A DNA stretch of 56,479 bases from NCBI GenBank assembly GCA_963848135.1, contig CAWKCK010000002.1, positions 635,684 through 692,162 of the forward strand. Direction: 5' to 3'. Origin of the DNA: an uncultured delta proteobacterium (GTDB taxonomy: Bacteria; Desulfobacterota; Desulfobacteria; Desulfobacterales; SG8-13). The notes under the pieces are model-generated. The model saw only the letters and a program-made list of their open reading frames with translations, searched no databases and was not told where the DNA came from. Position numbers and translations under genes: made by a program. This document shows positions 30,045 through 38,847 of the stretch, piece by piece. Numbering within the stretch: position 1 is the stretch's first letter; each line of letters starts with the position of its first letter.

Positions 30045-30215
30045 TCAACCCGATCCGTCTGTCGGCGGGATTTCGACCTCATCCTGAGGCGTATCTGAAG
30101 ACTCATCTGGCGCTATAGGATCATTATCGAATTTGCGTTGTCTTTTTTTCTCTTGCTTCAGTTTCCTTTCTAATTCTTTCTTACGCTTTTTAAACGAATA
30201 GTGTGATTTAGCCAT
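30045..30215 (-). CDS. Small basic/acidic protein downstream of cspA (56 aa)
   Basis: GAGGAG SD; MAKSHYSFKKRKKELERKLKQEKKRQRKFDNDPIAPDESSDTPQDEVEIPPTDGSG; below ORF-track cutoff. Confidence 0.75.
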   Translation of the reverse strand: MAKSHYSFKKRKKELERKLKQEKKRQRKFDNDPIAPDESSDTPQDEVEIPPTDGSG

Positions 30216-30270
30216 ATTGTCTCCTCGAATGCTGATATTCCTGCAGCACGATAGTACGCATTTAAAATAA

Positions 30271-30311
30271 ATAAAAAGGCACTCTTCTCAATTCGAAGAG
30301 TGCCTTTTTAT
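30271..30311. terminator. Intrinsic terminator after cspA
   Basis: Perfect 17-bp stem ATAAAAAGGCACTCTTC / GAAGAGTGCCTTTTTAT with 7-nt loop. Confidence 0.85.
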
Positions 30312-30325
30312 CTCAGAATCGAAAG

Positions 30326-30526
30326 TTAAATCACAGTGACATTTGCAGCCGCCGGACCTTTTTGTCCTTGCTCTATGTCAAAGGAAACTTTGTCGCCCTC
30401 ATTGAGGGATTTAAAACCGGTGGCGTTGATTGCTGAATGATGCACAAACACGTCCGAACCGTCTTCCTGCTCAATGAATCCAAAACCTTTGCGGTCACTA
30501 AACCACTTAACAGTTCCATTAGTCAT
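30326..30526 (-). CDS. cspA: Cold-shock protein
   Basis: [40 protein letters not shown]. Confidence 0.97.
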   Translation of the reverse strand: MTNGTVKWFSDRKGFGFIEQEDGSDVFVHHSAINATGFKSLNEGDKVSFDIEQGQKGPAAANVTVI

Positions 30527-31022
30527 TATAACATTCTCCTTTCCTGAAATATTTCAACGTTGCAAACTGGAGGATGCCACTTTGACAAATGGGTTTTTCC
30601 TTCAGAAAGAAACCGTCCCGCTCTTATGTGTCGGGGCTCAATTGATGGTCTGAAACGTACCCCTTCTTTCGGCCAATAGCAAGCGAATTATTGATTCTAT
30701 GTAACAGGATGCCCATGTTTGGCCATAATTGTCATTTAAAGCGCTTTTTTTTGGAAATTCATCCTCTCAAGTATTTGGGTACTCCTGGAACCGTCACCTT
30801 TCACGAGCCTCCCCAGACATTCTGGGGGTTTACCGATGGTGAAGATGATGAGCAAATCGCATCTGTATTTAACCTGTAACTTATGTTAGTTGTGCATGCG
30901 GCAGGAACAATAAAATGGCTTCCGGCAGGACCGGAGGAATGGATTGTCATTATTCCTGTATAATATACCAAAGTGTAACAAATTTTATTCCTTGAAACGC
31001 AAAACTGAACGGCGGGCAAAAT

Positions 31023-31160
31023 ATGTCAAAAAAATATCCCGAATGCCCTATGTATAATCATACGAATTGTAGAGAAGTTGATAACCCCAAAGTGTGTGCC
31101 ATTTGTCGAAAAGACAAATTATGTCTTCGAAAACACCCCAAAAAAGAAAAAAAAGACTGA
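31023..31160 (+). CDS. Small Cys-rich basic protein (45 aa)
   Basis: MSKKYPECPMYNHTNCREVDNPKVCAICRKDKLCLRKHPKKEKKD, hand-translated; SD weak. Confidence 0.55.
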   Translation: MSKKYPECPMYNHTNCREVDNPKVCAICRKDKLCLRKHPKKEKKD

Positions 31161-31218
31161 CACCCATGAATTCGTCTGGCCACTGATTCTATGAAACGAA
31201 ATTTGGGAGCAATTCAGA

Positions 31219-32250
31219 ATGAATACGCTAAAAATTATACATACAATCAGTTGCCATGCAGAGGGTGAAGTCGGGGATGTCATCGTGGGGGGAGTCGCAC
31301 CACCTCCCGGGGAAACATTGTGGGAACAGTCCCGGTGGATAGCCAAAGATAAGGCTCTGCGTGATTTTATGCTCAACGAACCTCGGGGCGGCGTTTTTCG
31401 GCATGTCAATCTGCTTGTTCCGCCTAAAAACCCGTCGGCTCAAATGGGCTGGATAATAATGGAGCCAGAAGACACGCCCCCCATGTCGGGTTCCAACAGC
31501 ATTTGTGTCACCACCGTTCTTCTTGAATCCGGCATTCTTCCAATGCGTGAACCTGAAACACGGTTGACATTAGAAGCGCCGGGAGGGCTCATCCACGCTG
31601 TGGCAACGTGTCACGATGGCAAAGTCGAGCGCGTGACCATTCATAATGTTCCATCATTTGTAGACAAATTGAATGCAACGCTTGAAGTGACCGGCCTCGG
31701 TACTTTTACAGTGGATACGGCCTATGGGGGCGACAGCTTTGTTGTCGTGGAAGCCGAAGATCTGGGTTTCAACATATCCCCGGATGAAGCCCGGGACATA
31801 GCGAAGGCAGGCATTAAAATCACAAACGCAGCAAACGATCAATTAGGATTTAATCATCCCGAAAACCCCGATTGGCAACATATATCTTTTTGTCAGATTA
31901 CCGCACCGTTGATTAAAGAAAACGGTGTATATGTCGGGCGCAACGCTGTTACGATTCAGCCAGGAAAACTGGACCGATCGCCAACAGGCACAGGATGCTC
32001 TGCGCGTTTGGCACTGTTGAAAAAAAAAGGGCTAATAAAGGTTGGAGATCAATACATCGGTGAATCTGTAATTGGCTCTCGTTTTCACTGTCGACTGGAG
32101 TCTTTGGCTCGTGTAGGGAAAATAGAAGCCGTCATCCCGAGCATATCTGGGCGGGCTTGGATTACCGGAATGCATCAACACATGCTGGATCCAAGAGACC
32201 CATGGCCTGGTGGCTACAAGATTTCTGACACATGGCCAGTATTGGCTTGA
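31219..32250 (+). CDS. Proline racemase superfamily, Ser/Thr type (probable trans-3-hydroxy-L-proline dehydratase)
   Basis: [22 protein letters not shown] (Ser in place of Cys), DRSPTGTG (Thr in place of Cys). Confidence 0.85.
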   Translation: MNTLKIIHTISCHAEGEVGDVIVGGVAPPPGETLWEQSRWIAKDKALRDFMLNEPRGGVFRHVNLLVPPKNPSAQMGWIIMEPEDTPPMSGSNSICVTTVLLESGILPMREPETRLTLEAPGGLIHAVATCHDGKVERVTIHNVPSFVDKLNATLEVTGLGTFTVDTAYGGDSFVVVEAEDLGFNISPDEARDIAKAGIKITNAANDQLGFNHPENPDWQHISFCQITAPLIKENGVYVGRNAVTIQPGKLDRSPTGTGCSARLALLKKKGLIKVGDQYIGESVIGSRFHCRLESLARVGKIEAVIPSISGRAWITGMHQHMLDPRDPWPGGYKISDTWPVLA

Positions 32251-32420
32251 CCTATCCCAGTATTATCGAAGCGGTGCGTCAACTCGATAAGGGTGATGTC
32301 CTAATGGTACCGGCAAACTCGCTTGTGTAAGTCCGGTATGCACGACTTTACTTGCCCTACCCTGTTCCCCACATTTAATGGAAGTCTTCTTTTTGCAAGT
32401 GTACGATTCACCTGCCAGCA

Positions 32421-33167
32421 TCATCGCCCGGCCATACCCTTCATAAGGGCAAGCACATTCTTTCCGAGCACCGCGTGATTGTATCCGCCTTCCAGGATGG
32501 CAAAACAACCGCCGCCATTGCGGTTGGCGGCCGACCGGACCCGATGACCGATCTCCTCGTAATCATCGGTGTGGAGCAAGCCCCCCCAGTCGTCGATGTG
32601 GTTGTCGAACCCAGCGGAAATGCCGATCAAATCCGCGTGGCAGTTTTTCATCGCCGCTATCACCTCTTGCAGGTAGTGTTTTCGACTGTGGACGTCCACA
32701 TTTATAACGGTCACCCAGTTTCGCCGTCCTAAAATATTTACATTGCCGTCTCCAAAATGCAGATCGATATCCAGCACGCAGGCGCTTTCGATATTTTGCT
32801 GTCGTCGCAGCGTCTCTAAAGCCACAGCCATGTTATTGAAAAAGCAAAACCCCCAGGCCGAAGTCGCGGAGGCATGGTGCCCCGGTGGACGGATCAGGCC
32901 GAAGCAAGGTTCGGAAAGACCGATTTGGGCGGCCTGAATGGCGCCGCCGGCAGCCAGGGCTGCGATGTCATATATTCCCTGATTTTCGACCTGTCGGATA
33001 TGTCTCTCTGAGTGGACCGCAGCAATGCGCTGGCGAGAGGCAGGCGTTGCTGGAATGAATTCCGCGTGGGATTTGATGGCTTCGACAATGGCCTCCATGC
33101 GCCCTGCAGCCGCTGCCGGATCCCCGGTATAGACCGGGTAAAATTCTTCGTGAAATACGACCTTCAT
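32421..33167 (-). CDS. Short histone deacetylase family protein
   Basis: RPPGHHA, GFCFFNN, DIDLHFGDG, SAGFD, LEGGY. Confidence 0.93.
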   Translation of the reverse strand: MKVVFHEEFYPVYTGDPAAAAGRMEAIVEAIKSHAEFIPATPASRQRIAAVHSERHIRQVENQGIYDIAALAAGGAIQAAQIGLSEPCFGLIRPPGHHASATSAWGFCFFNNMAVALETLRRQQNIESACVLDIDLHFGDGNVNILGRRNWVTVINVDVHSRKHYLQEVIAAMKNCHADLIGISAGFDNHIDDWGGLLHTDDYEEIGHRVRSAANRNGGGCFAILEGGYNHAVLGKNVLALMKGMAGR

Positions 33168-33185
33168 TTTCCGATTGTTCTAGGC

Positions 33186-34646
33186 CTACCCTTGCTTGGT
33201 TTGGGATGGATCGATGCCGACCCGGCGGGCCAGGTCGGATGTGAACAGGCCGTCAGGATCGAGTTGCCTTTTAACCTCCAAAAGATCCCGGTAGCGGGGG
33301 TAGACACGGTAGAACTGCTCCGGCGTCAGGACCTGGTCCTTGGCAAGGTGGATCTTTCCGCCGCGTCGGACCGTTGCATCGATGAGACGGTCGACAGCTT
33401 CTCTGCTGGCGGCCTCGTGGCGTTTTTTCGGGTGAAATTCGAAATTGAGGCTGTAACCATCCTCGGAAAAGGAAATCAGACAGTCATCTGGCTTGTGCGC
33501 ACGCAGGATGGTCGTTACCGGCGGACAGGGCGACGACTGACAAATATGCATCAGCTCGACAATGGCCTCGCGTGCGCTGGGTCGCGGGAAGGTCAGCTGA
33601 ACGGTGTATCCGTTAGGTCCGCAAACGAGATGGGCCGGCGGCACGGTGAAACTGGCCTCGAAGCTGAACCTGAGAAAAAGTTCGCTATTGGATGAATGCC
33701 CGGTTTCATAGGCCATCTCGCACATAGAGTAGTAAAGCCGGTTGAATGAATTCATCAAGAACCGCTGGGACTCGAGCATGAGCGACAGGACCGGTCCGAA
33801 TTTCTCATGAAGGGCGAGTCCGAATTCGCGATGATGCTCAAGGCGTTCGTAACCCGCTTCGAGAGCTTGCCGGCGCTGCACTTCGGCTTGTTTGCCCTCG
33901 AGCCATTTCGCGGCATGAATTACGGAACGTCCGATGCGAGGACCACGTGCGTATGCATCCACCCACACAACAGCCGCATCGTGCGTTTTTTCAACCCGAG
34001 CCATTGTATTGAGCAACGCGTCGACGTTGGGCACAGGAATGCGGTTGATTTCAACGTACGGCGAGGGAATCGGGCGCAATTGAATCGTTGCATCCACGAT
34101 GACGCCAAGCATCCCGATGCCCCCTACAACGGCATTGAAGAGCGCGTGCGACCGATCGATTATGATGATTTCGCCGTTGGCGAGCAGGAGAGTCAGACGG
34201 ACAACCTGGTGGGCGAAACTGCCGTGATGCCATGCGTCCTTGCCGTTGACGTTGGCGCAGATGGCGCCGGCGACACTGGAATGCGATTCGGTCGGGCTGG
34301 CAGGGAGCATGAGCAAGCGGTGATGGACCGCCCGATAGATGTCAATGAGACGCGTGCCGGCTTCGACGGTGATTTGTGCGTTTTCCTCGTCGAACTCGAG
34401 AATGCGATTCATGTCGCTCATGTCGAGCAGGACTTGGCCATCATTTAGTGCCAGGTCTCCGTAGCCGCGTCCGGCGCCGCGGGCACAAACCGTCATACCA
34501 TTCTGCTGGCAGTAAGTCAGCACTTCGCGGCACTGCTCGATCGTCGTTGGCTGCGCGACAAGAGAGCGCGTCCGCATTGAACCAACGAGGGAGGTCATCT
34601 CCTTCCACTCCATGAAGTTCGGTCGTACCTGCTTGTCAGATGGCAT
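33186..34646 (-). CDS. FAD-binding oxidoreductase, DprE1-like
   Basis: RGAGRGYGD, VAGAICANVNGKD.WHHGSF, GGIGMLGVI, GGKIHLAKD, DPDGLFTSDLARR. Confidence 0.85.
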   Translation of the reverse strand: MPSDKQVRPNFMEWKEMTSLVGSMRTRSLVAQPTTIEQCREVLTYCQQNGMTVCARGAGRGYGDLALNDGQVLLDMSDMNRILEFDEENAQITVEAGTRLIDIYRAVHHRLLMLPASPTESHSSVAGAICANVNGKDAWHHGSFAHQVVRLTLLLANGEIIIIDRSHALFNAVVGGIGMLGVIVDATIQLRPIPSPYVEINRIPVPNVDALLNTMARVEKTHDAAVVWVDAYARGPRIGRSVIHAAKWLEGKQAEVQRRQALEAGYERLEHHREFGLALHEKFGPVLSLMLESQRFLMNSFNRLYYSMCEMAYETGHSSNSELFLRFSFEASFTVPPAHLVCGPNGYTVQLTFPRPSAREAIVELMHICQSSPCPPVTTILRAHKPDDCLISFSEDGYSLNFEFHPKKRHEAASREAVDRLIDATVRRGGKIHLAKDQVLTPEQFYRVYPRYRDLLEVKRQLDPDGLFTSDLARRVGIDPSQTKQG

Positions 34647-34826
34647 GGTGGGTCTCCAATAGACGCAGAACATTCAAACGGGGCATATGAATACGCGTTG
34701 ATCAGATATCGGACGCCGATCGTATTGTCAAGATTACACTTTTATCGTACATCAACAGACATATATTTTATCAGGGGGCGGTTATTCTGACCGAGACTTT
34801 AAAATAGCTTCAAAACAGGAGATCAG

Positions 34827-35282
34827 ATGGAAAATGCTGTAAGAATAGACCTGCTTTCTAAATCCGATAAAATTCAGGTGCTGGATCTGTTAAGCAACGC
34901 CGAACTTCCGATTGAAGACCTCACAGATGAGAAAATGAAAAATTTCATCATCGCCAAAGACGAAGATGGTATTGTTATTGGCGTTGTCGGCGTAGAAATG
35001 TATAATGAAAATGGATTGCTGAGATCGTTGACAGTTCTTCCTTCTTACCGTGGAAATGGTTTAGGACGCCGGCTCACTCGCAAAATTGAATCTTTTGCTC
35101 GGTCTAAGGGTATTAAAACCCTGTACCTGCTCACGATGACCGCTGCAGATTTTTTCCCGAAGATTGGATATAAATTGACCCCAAGGGATATGACACCAGA
35201 ATCTATAATGACAACAGAAGAATTTAAAAATGTTTGCCCCGTGTCGGCCGTGTGCTTATCCAAAGTGCTTGATAGCGCATGA
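34827..35282 (+). CDS. arsN2: GNAT N-acetyltransferase, ArsN2-like
   Basis: LPIEDL, GLLRSL.V.PSYRGNGLG, LYLLTMTAADFF, EF..VCPVSA. Confidence 0.78.
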   Translation: MENAVRIDLLSKSDKIQVLDLLSNAELPIEDLTDEKMKNFIIAKDEDGIVIGVVGVEMYNENGLLRSLTVLPSYRGNGLGRRLTRKIESFARSKGIKTLYLLTMTAADFFPKIGYKLTPRDMTPESIMTTEEFKNVCPVSAVCLSKVLDSA

Positions 35283-35368
35283 CTACGGCTTGATGATCAG
35301 GCATATAAAAACCTTTCCCGTTTTGTTTACGATCATTTAGGGTAAAAGTTACCGAGGGGGTATATTTG

Positions 35369-36670
35369 ATGAGGAAATACGTTTTCGTGCTTGTGTTGTT
35401 TTGGCTTATCCCGGTAACCGTTCTGGGCGGCGTATGCGATCCATTGCCGCCACCACAAGGAAATATCGTCGAGGTCGATACGACGAATACGCTTGAAGTT
35501 GCAATAAATAATGCGGACCCCGGAACCACAATTCTCCTGGCAGACGGCACCTATAACTTGAATGGCGTTTATCTCTGGATCAGTACACCCAACCTAACAC
35601 TACGTTCCAAGAGCGGTGATCCTGAAGCGGTAATTTTGGACGGAAGCTATGTAACAACTGAAATTATCGTCATTAAAGCTTCCAATATAACGATCGCCGA
35701 TTTGACATTAAAGCGGGCGCGATACCACCCGATCCACGTGTCCCCTTCATCCAATGAAGACATTGTGAATGCCCGAATTTACAACGTCCGTATCATCGAT
35801 CCCGGTCAACAGGCCATCAAGATCAATCAGAATGGTAATTATTTCGCCGATTACGGAGAAATCGCTTGTTCACGTCTTGAGCTAACTGACACTGGACGAA
35901 TCCAGGTTGGGGAAATTAATGGCAGCTGTTATACGGGGGGTATTGACGCACACCAGGCCAGAGGTTGGATAATTAAGGACAATGTCATCGAAGGGTTCTG
36001 GTGCGCCGATGGCCTCTCCGAGCACGCCATTCATCTTTGGCGAGGAAGTCGCGACAGCATTGTTGAGCGCAATATACTCGTTGACAATGCCCGGGGGATT
36101 GGCTTCGGCCTCACAACGAGTGGCACTGGCCGAACCTATAGCGATGCCCCCTGCCCCAGCGCCGACTATATTGGCCATTTCGGGGGCATTATTCGTAACA
36201 ACTTCGTCTTTCAAAATCGACTGCAACTTTATGAATCACAGGCCGGATTCGATTGTGGCGTATGCCTGTGGCAAGCATGCGATGCGAAGGTCTTGCACAA
36301 TACGGTGGTTTCTACAGCTGCGCCGGTTTCATCCATAGAATGGCGATTTTTAAATACGACTGCAACGATTACAAACAATTTAGTCAGTCATAGACTGTGG
36401 GAACGAGACGGCGCAAGCGCTTCCCTTGTAGCGAACCTTGATCATCAGCCGCTATCTTTGTTTGTCGACGGGGCTGGGGGCGACCTCCACCTTGTTGCGC
36501 ATGCGAAGGAGGCCATCGATAAAGGCTTACCTATCGGCGGGAACCTTTGTTCTGATGACATCGATGGTGATCTTAGGGACCTCACACCAGACATTGGTGC
36601 GGACGAAGTACCCAAGGGGCCAACGATAAAATATGTATCCCCCTTACCGTTGCTGCTGCTTGACGATTAG
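35369..36670 (+). CDS. Secreted right-handed parallel beta-helix protein
   Basis: Signal peptide; AINNADPGTTILLADGTY, repeated NN/xN beta-helix turns, PDIGADE near C-terminus, PLLLLDD tail. Confidence 0.85.
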   Translation: MRKYVFVLVLFWLIPVTVLGGVCDPLPPPQGNIVEVDTTNTLEVAINNADPGTTILLADGTYNLNGVYLWISTPNLTLRSKSGDPEAVILDGSYVTTEIIVIKASNITIADLTLKRARYHPIHVSPSSNEDIVNARIYNVRIIDPGQQAIKINQNGNYFADYGEIACSRLELTDTGRIQVGEINGSCYTGGIDAHQARGWIIKDNVIEGFWCADGLSEHAIHLWRGSRDSIVERNILVDNARGIGFGLTTSGTGRTYSDAPCPSADYIGHFGGIIRNNFVFQNRLQLYESQAGFDCGVCLWQACDAKVLHNTVVSTAAPVSSIEWRFLNTTATITNNLVSHRLWERDGASASLVANLDHQPLSLFVDGAGGDLHLVAHAKEAIDKGLPIGGNLCSDDIDGDLRDLTPDIGADEVPKGPTIKYVSPLPLLLLDD

Positions 36671-36726
36671 ACTGGATATTTCACCACATGGAGAAGTCAC
36701 GGCCAAGACGCAGGCCTTGTTTCATT

Positions 36727-36920
36727 TAGAAGGCATCTCAAAAAAGTTTTTCCGCCCGATATCAGCGTTGAGCCCTTGTCTCAAGTCCTCGACATACTTG
36801 AGTATGCCTGCGGGTTGCGACCCACAAATAAGAATCGATCAGGCGGGGAATCCCGCACAGCGGGGATCCTCGGTCTCGCCTTGATCTCGAACGAAAATCC
36901 TAATTTTGAGATAGCTTCTA
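36727..36920. mobile_element. MITE-like element, family B (TA-flanked, 15-bp TIR)
   Basis: TA-GAAGGCATCTCAAAA ... TTTTGAGATAGCTTC-TA (13/15 inverted match); internal hairpin CATACTTGAGTATG; no transposase-like ORF. Confidence 0.7.
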
Positions 36921-37036
36921 GTCAAATGTGTGATCTGCGCGAGGCGGGGGGCATTTCGAAGCGAAACTGCAGTCCATCTCACGCAAGCCATATAAGTCTG
37001 CGGTTGGTCTGAAAGGTAAAATATTTTCAGTTAGTT

Positions 37037-37313
37037 GAGCCCTCGGGGAGTTTTCATCAACCGGGAGCGGAGGGAATGATCAGCGACTACAGCGCGCAAA
37101 CTCATGCATAAGGCAACCTAAGGAAAGAACAGATTTTCATAATAATATAGAACTTTTAAATCCACTTGACCATTTTTAGTCTCTATCAGACAGCCAGGGT
37201 TTTCGCTGTTCTTTCCCAAGGCTGCCTAATACATTCATACAGTGCCCGCTTTCGCTGCTGATCATTCCCTCCGCTCTTGTGCAGTATTTGTTGGAAAAAT
37301 TTCCCGATTCTTC
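37037..37313. mobile_element. MITE-like element, family A, copy 2 (277 bp, reverse orientation)
   Basis: Flanks AGTTAGTT (37029-37036) and AGTTATTT (37314-37321); arm cores 65/67 and 64/71 identical to copy 1 by hand alignment. Confidence 0.85.
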
Positions 37314-37435
37314 AGTTATTTTAGAACTGATTGGGCCGTGTTTACCTCTAAAGATAGTACCCGCGACCCTGAGAATATACCTCCCGTCCAGTCGTAAACA
37401 GTTCTCACCTAATGGTTGCTCGGTCGCTGACACTA

Positions 37436-37708
37436 TTATTTTTTCTGCTGGCCGGCCTCGTAACCACTTTGAAAGGCCGCCTCTTTCGCCTTCTGGTTTC
37501 GGTCGTAAAGAAATCCACCGGCCGCTCCAGTCGCGGCCCCGATGGCAGCGCCCCAGCCCGCGCTACCCGCAATGGCGCCGACCACAGCACCGGCTCCAGT
37601 ACCAATCGCAGCGCCACTCAGGGTGCGCTGCTCTGTGTCCGACATGCCGGCACACCCACCGAGGGCAAGGCTTATCGTCAGAATCAGGATGAGTGCATAA
37701 TTTTTCAT
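37436..37708 (-). CDS. Glycine-zipper lipoprotein
   Basis: AAGGAG SD; lipobox LGGC; GAAIGTGAGAVVGAIAG...GAAIGAATGAAGG. Confidence 0.88.
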   Translation of the reverse strand: MKNYALILILTISLALGGCAGMSDTEQRTLSGAAIGTGAGAVVGAIAGSAGWGAAIGAATGAAGGFLYDRNQKAKEAAFQSGYEAGQQKK

Positions 37709-38045
37709 GGGATACTCCTTTGTATCTTTGAGCATTGGTTTACATGGTTTAAACAATTCCATTCAATCGTTTTGATGAAATATGCGGCCCCGCTTTTTTC
37801 ATGCGTTGCATGAGTTCATTTGCAAGACGCTCAAGAGCGCCGCTGTACTTTCGGGTACCGCAAGCTCTTGATAACGCCCCAGATGGGCACGTGCGACTCA
37901 CCTAACGGGTGAATATTTTTTAGTTGTATTTTTAATAATGTCGACAAACAAAATATATCCCGGAATTTTCCGTCAACACTTAATTTAACGCTTCTATGGC
38001 ATGTCATTTTCAAGTCACCTGAAAAATGTTCACGAAAATTGCGGG

Positions 38046-38429
38046 CTAGGGCTTGCAGGGCCATGTCTCTATCAGAAATCTGAACTCCGTCTCGACGGCC
38101 TCCTCTTTCCAGTGCTGCGGTCGCGCTTTGGTCCACTGAACGAACATACCGACGGCTTCACTTCGGGATGGCGGCTGATCGGGCAAGCAGACCAGTTTTA
38201 CCCCTTTTGGCCCATTGGATTCAGCCACATGGTAATGATATGCTCCCACCATAAAACCGTGGCAAAAGTTGATAGCCTGATGATAAAGCGGATCATCAGG
38301 GGATGCCGTGCAAAGGTTGAGAAGATTTTCTGTGGTATCAACCTCGAAATCTTCCTCACTCACCGCGCCGGCGATTCCAGGTATCAGCAATGATATTGTC
38401 AGCAAGCCCAACATAATTTTTATCAGCAT
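38046..38429 (-). CDS. Rap1a/Tai-like secreted immunity family protein
   Basis: Signal peptide; LLNLC...AINFCHGFMVG...VCLP...WPC four-Cys pattern. Confidence 0.78.
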   Translation of the reverse strand: MLIKIMLGLLTISLLIPGIAGAVSEEDFEVDTTENLLNLCTASPDDPLYHQAINFCHGFMVGAYHYHVAESNGPKGVKLVCLPDQPPSRSEAVGMFVQWTKARPQHWKEEAVETEFRFLIETWPCKP

Positions 38430-38847
38430 GGTTTGATCCCCTTTCAACTCTTCTAATTTAGCTGTTTCGAATTTTGTCTTGGTTAAATTCTTCCGTACAA
38501 GGAATTTTGTAAGCGCTCCACCAGGATGATACAGAAAGAAATATGAAAACCGGATTTCCCAAACGGCTGGTTAAAACGAGTCTTTAGGTTAACTTAACAA
38601 CAATTTTGAATTTATCAATACGTTTTTAGCTCACCAAACTCGGCCAACCCGGGATGCATATCCTCGTCTAAGGTTATGTAAGCAAAAGAAAACGTGATTG
38701 CATAAATAAACAACACTAAAGAGGCTGACCAACTACCTTTGGTGGATGAACTATTCTTATCGCCAATAATTTTTAAGATGACAAAAAGTACCAGCGCACC
38801 AGAAAACTAACGAATGGAAGTAAAAATGGAACCGGTGTTGAAAAAGG

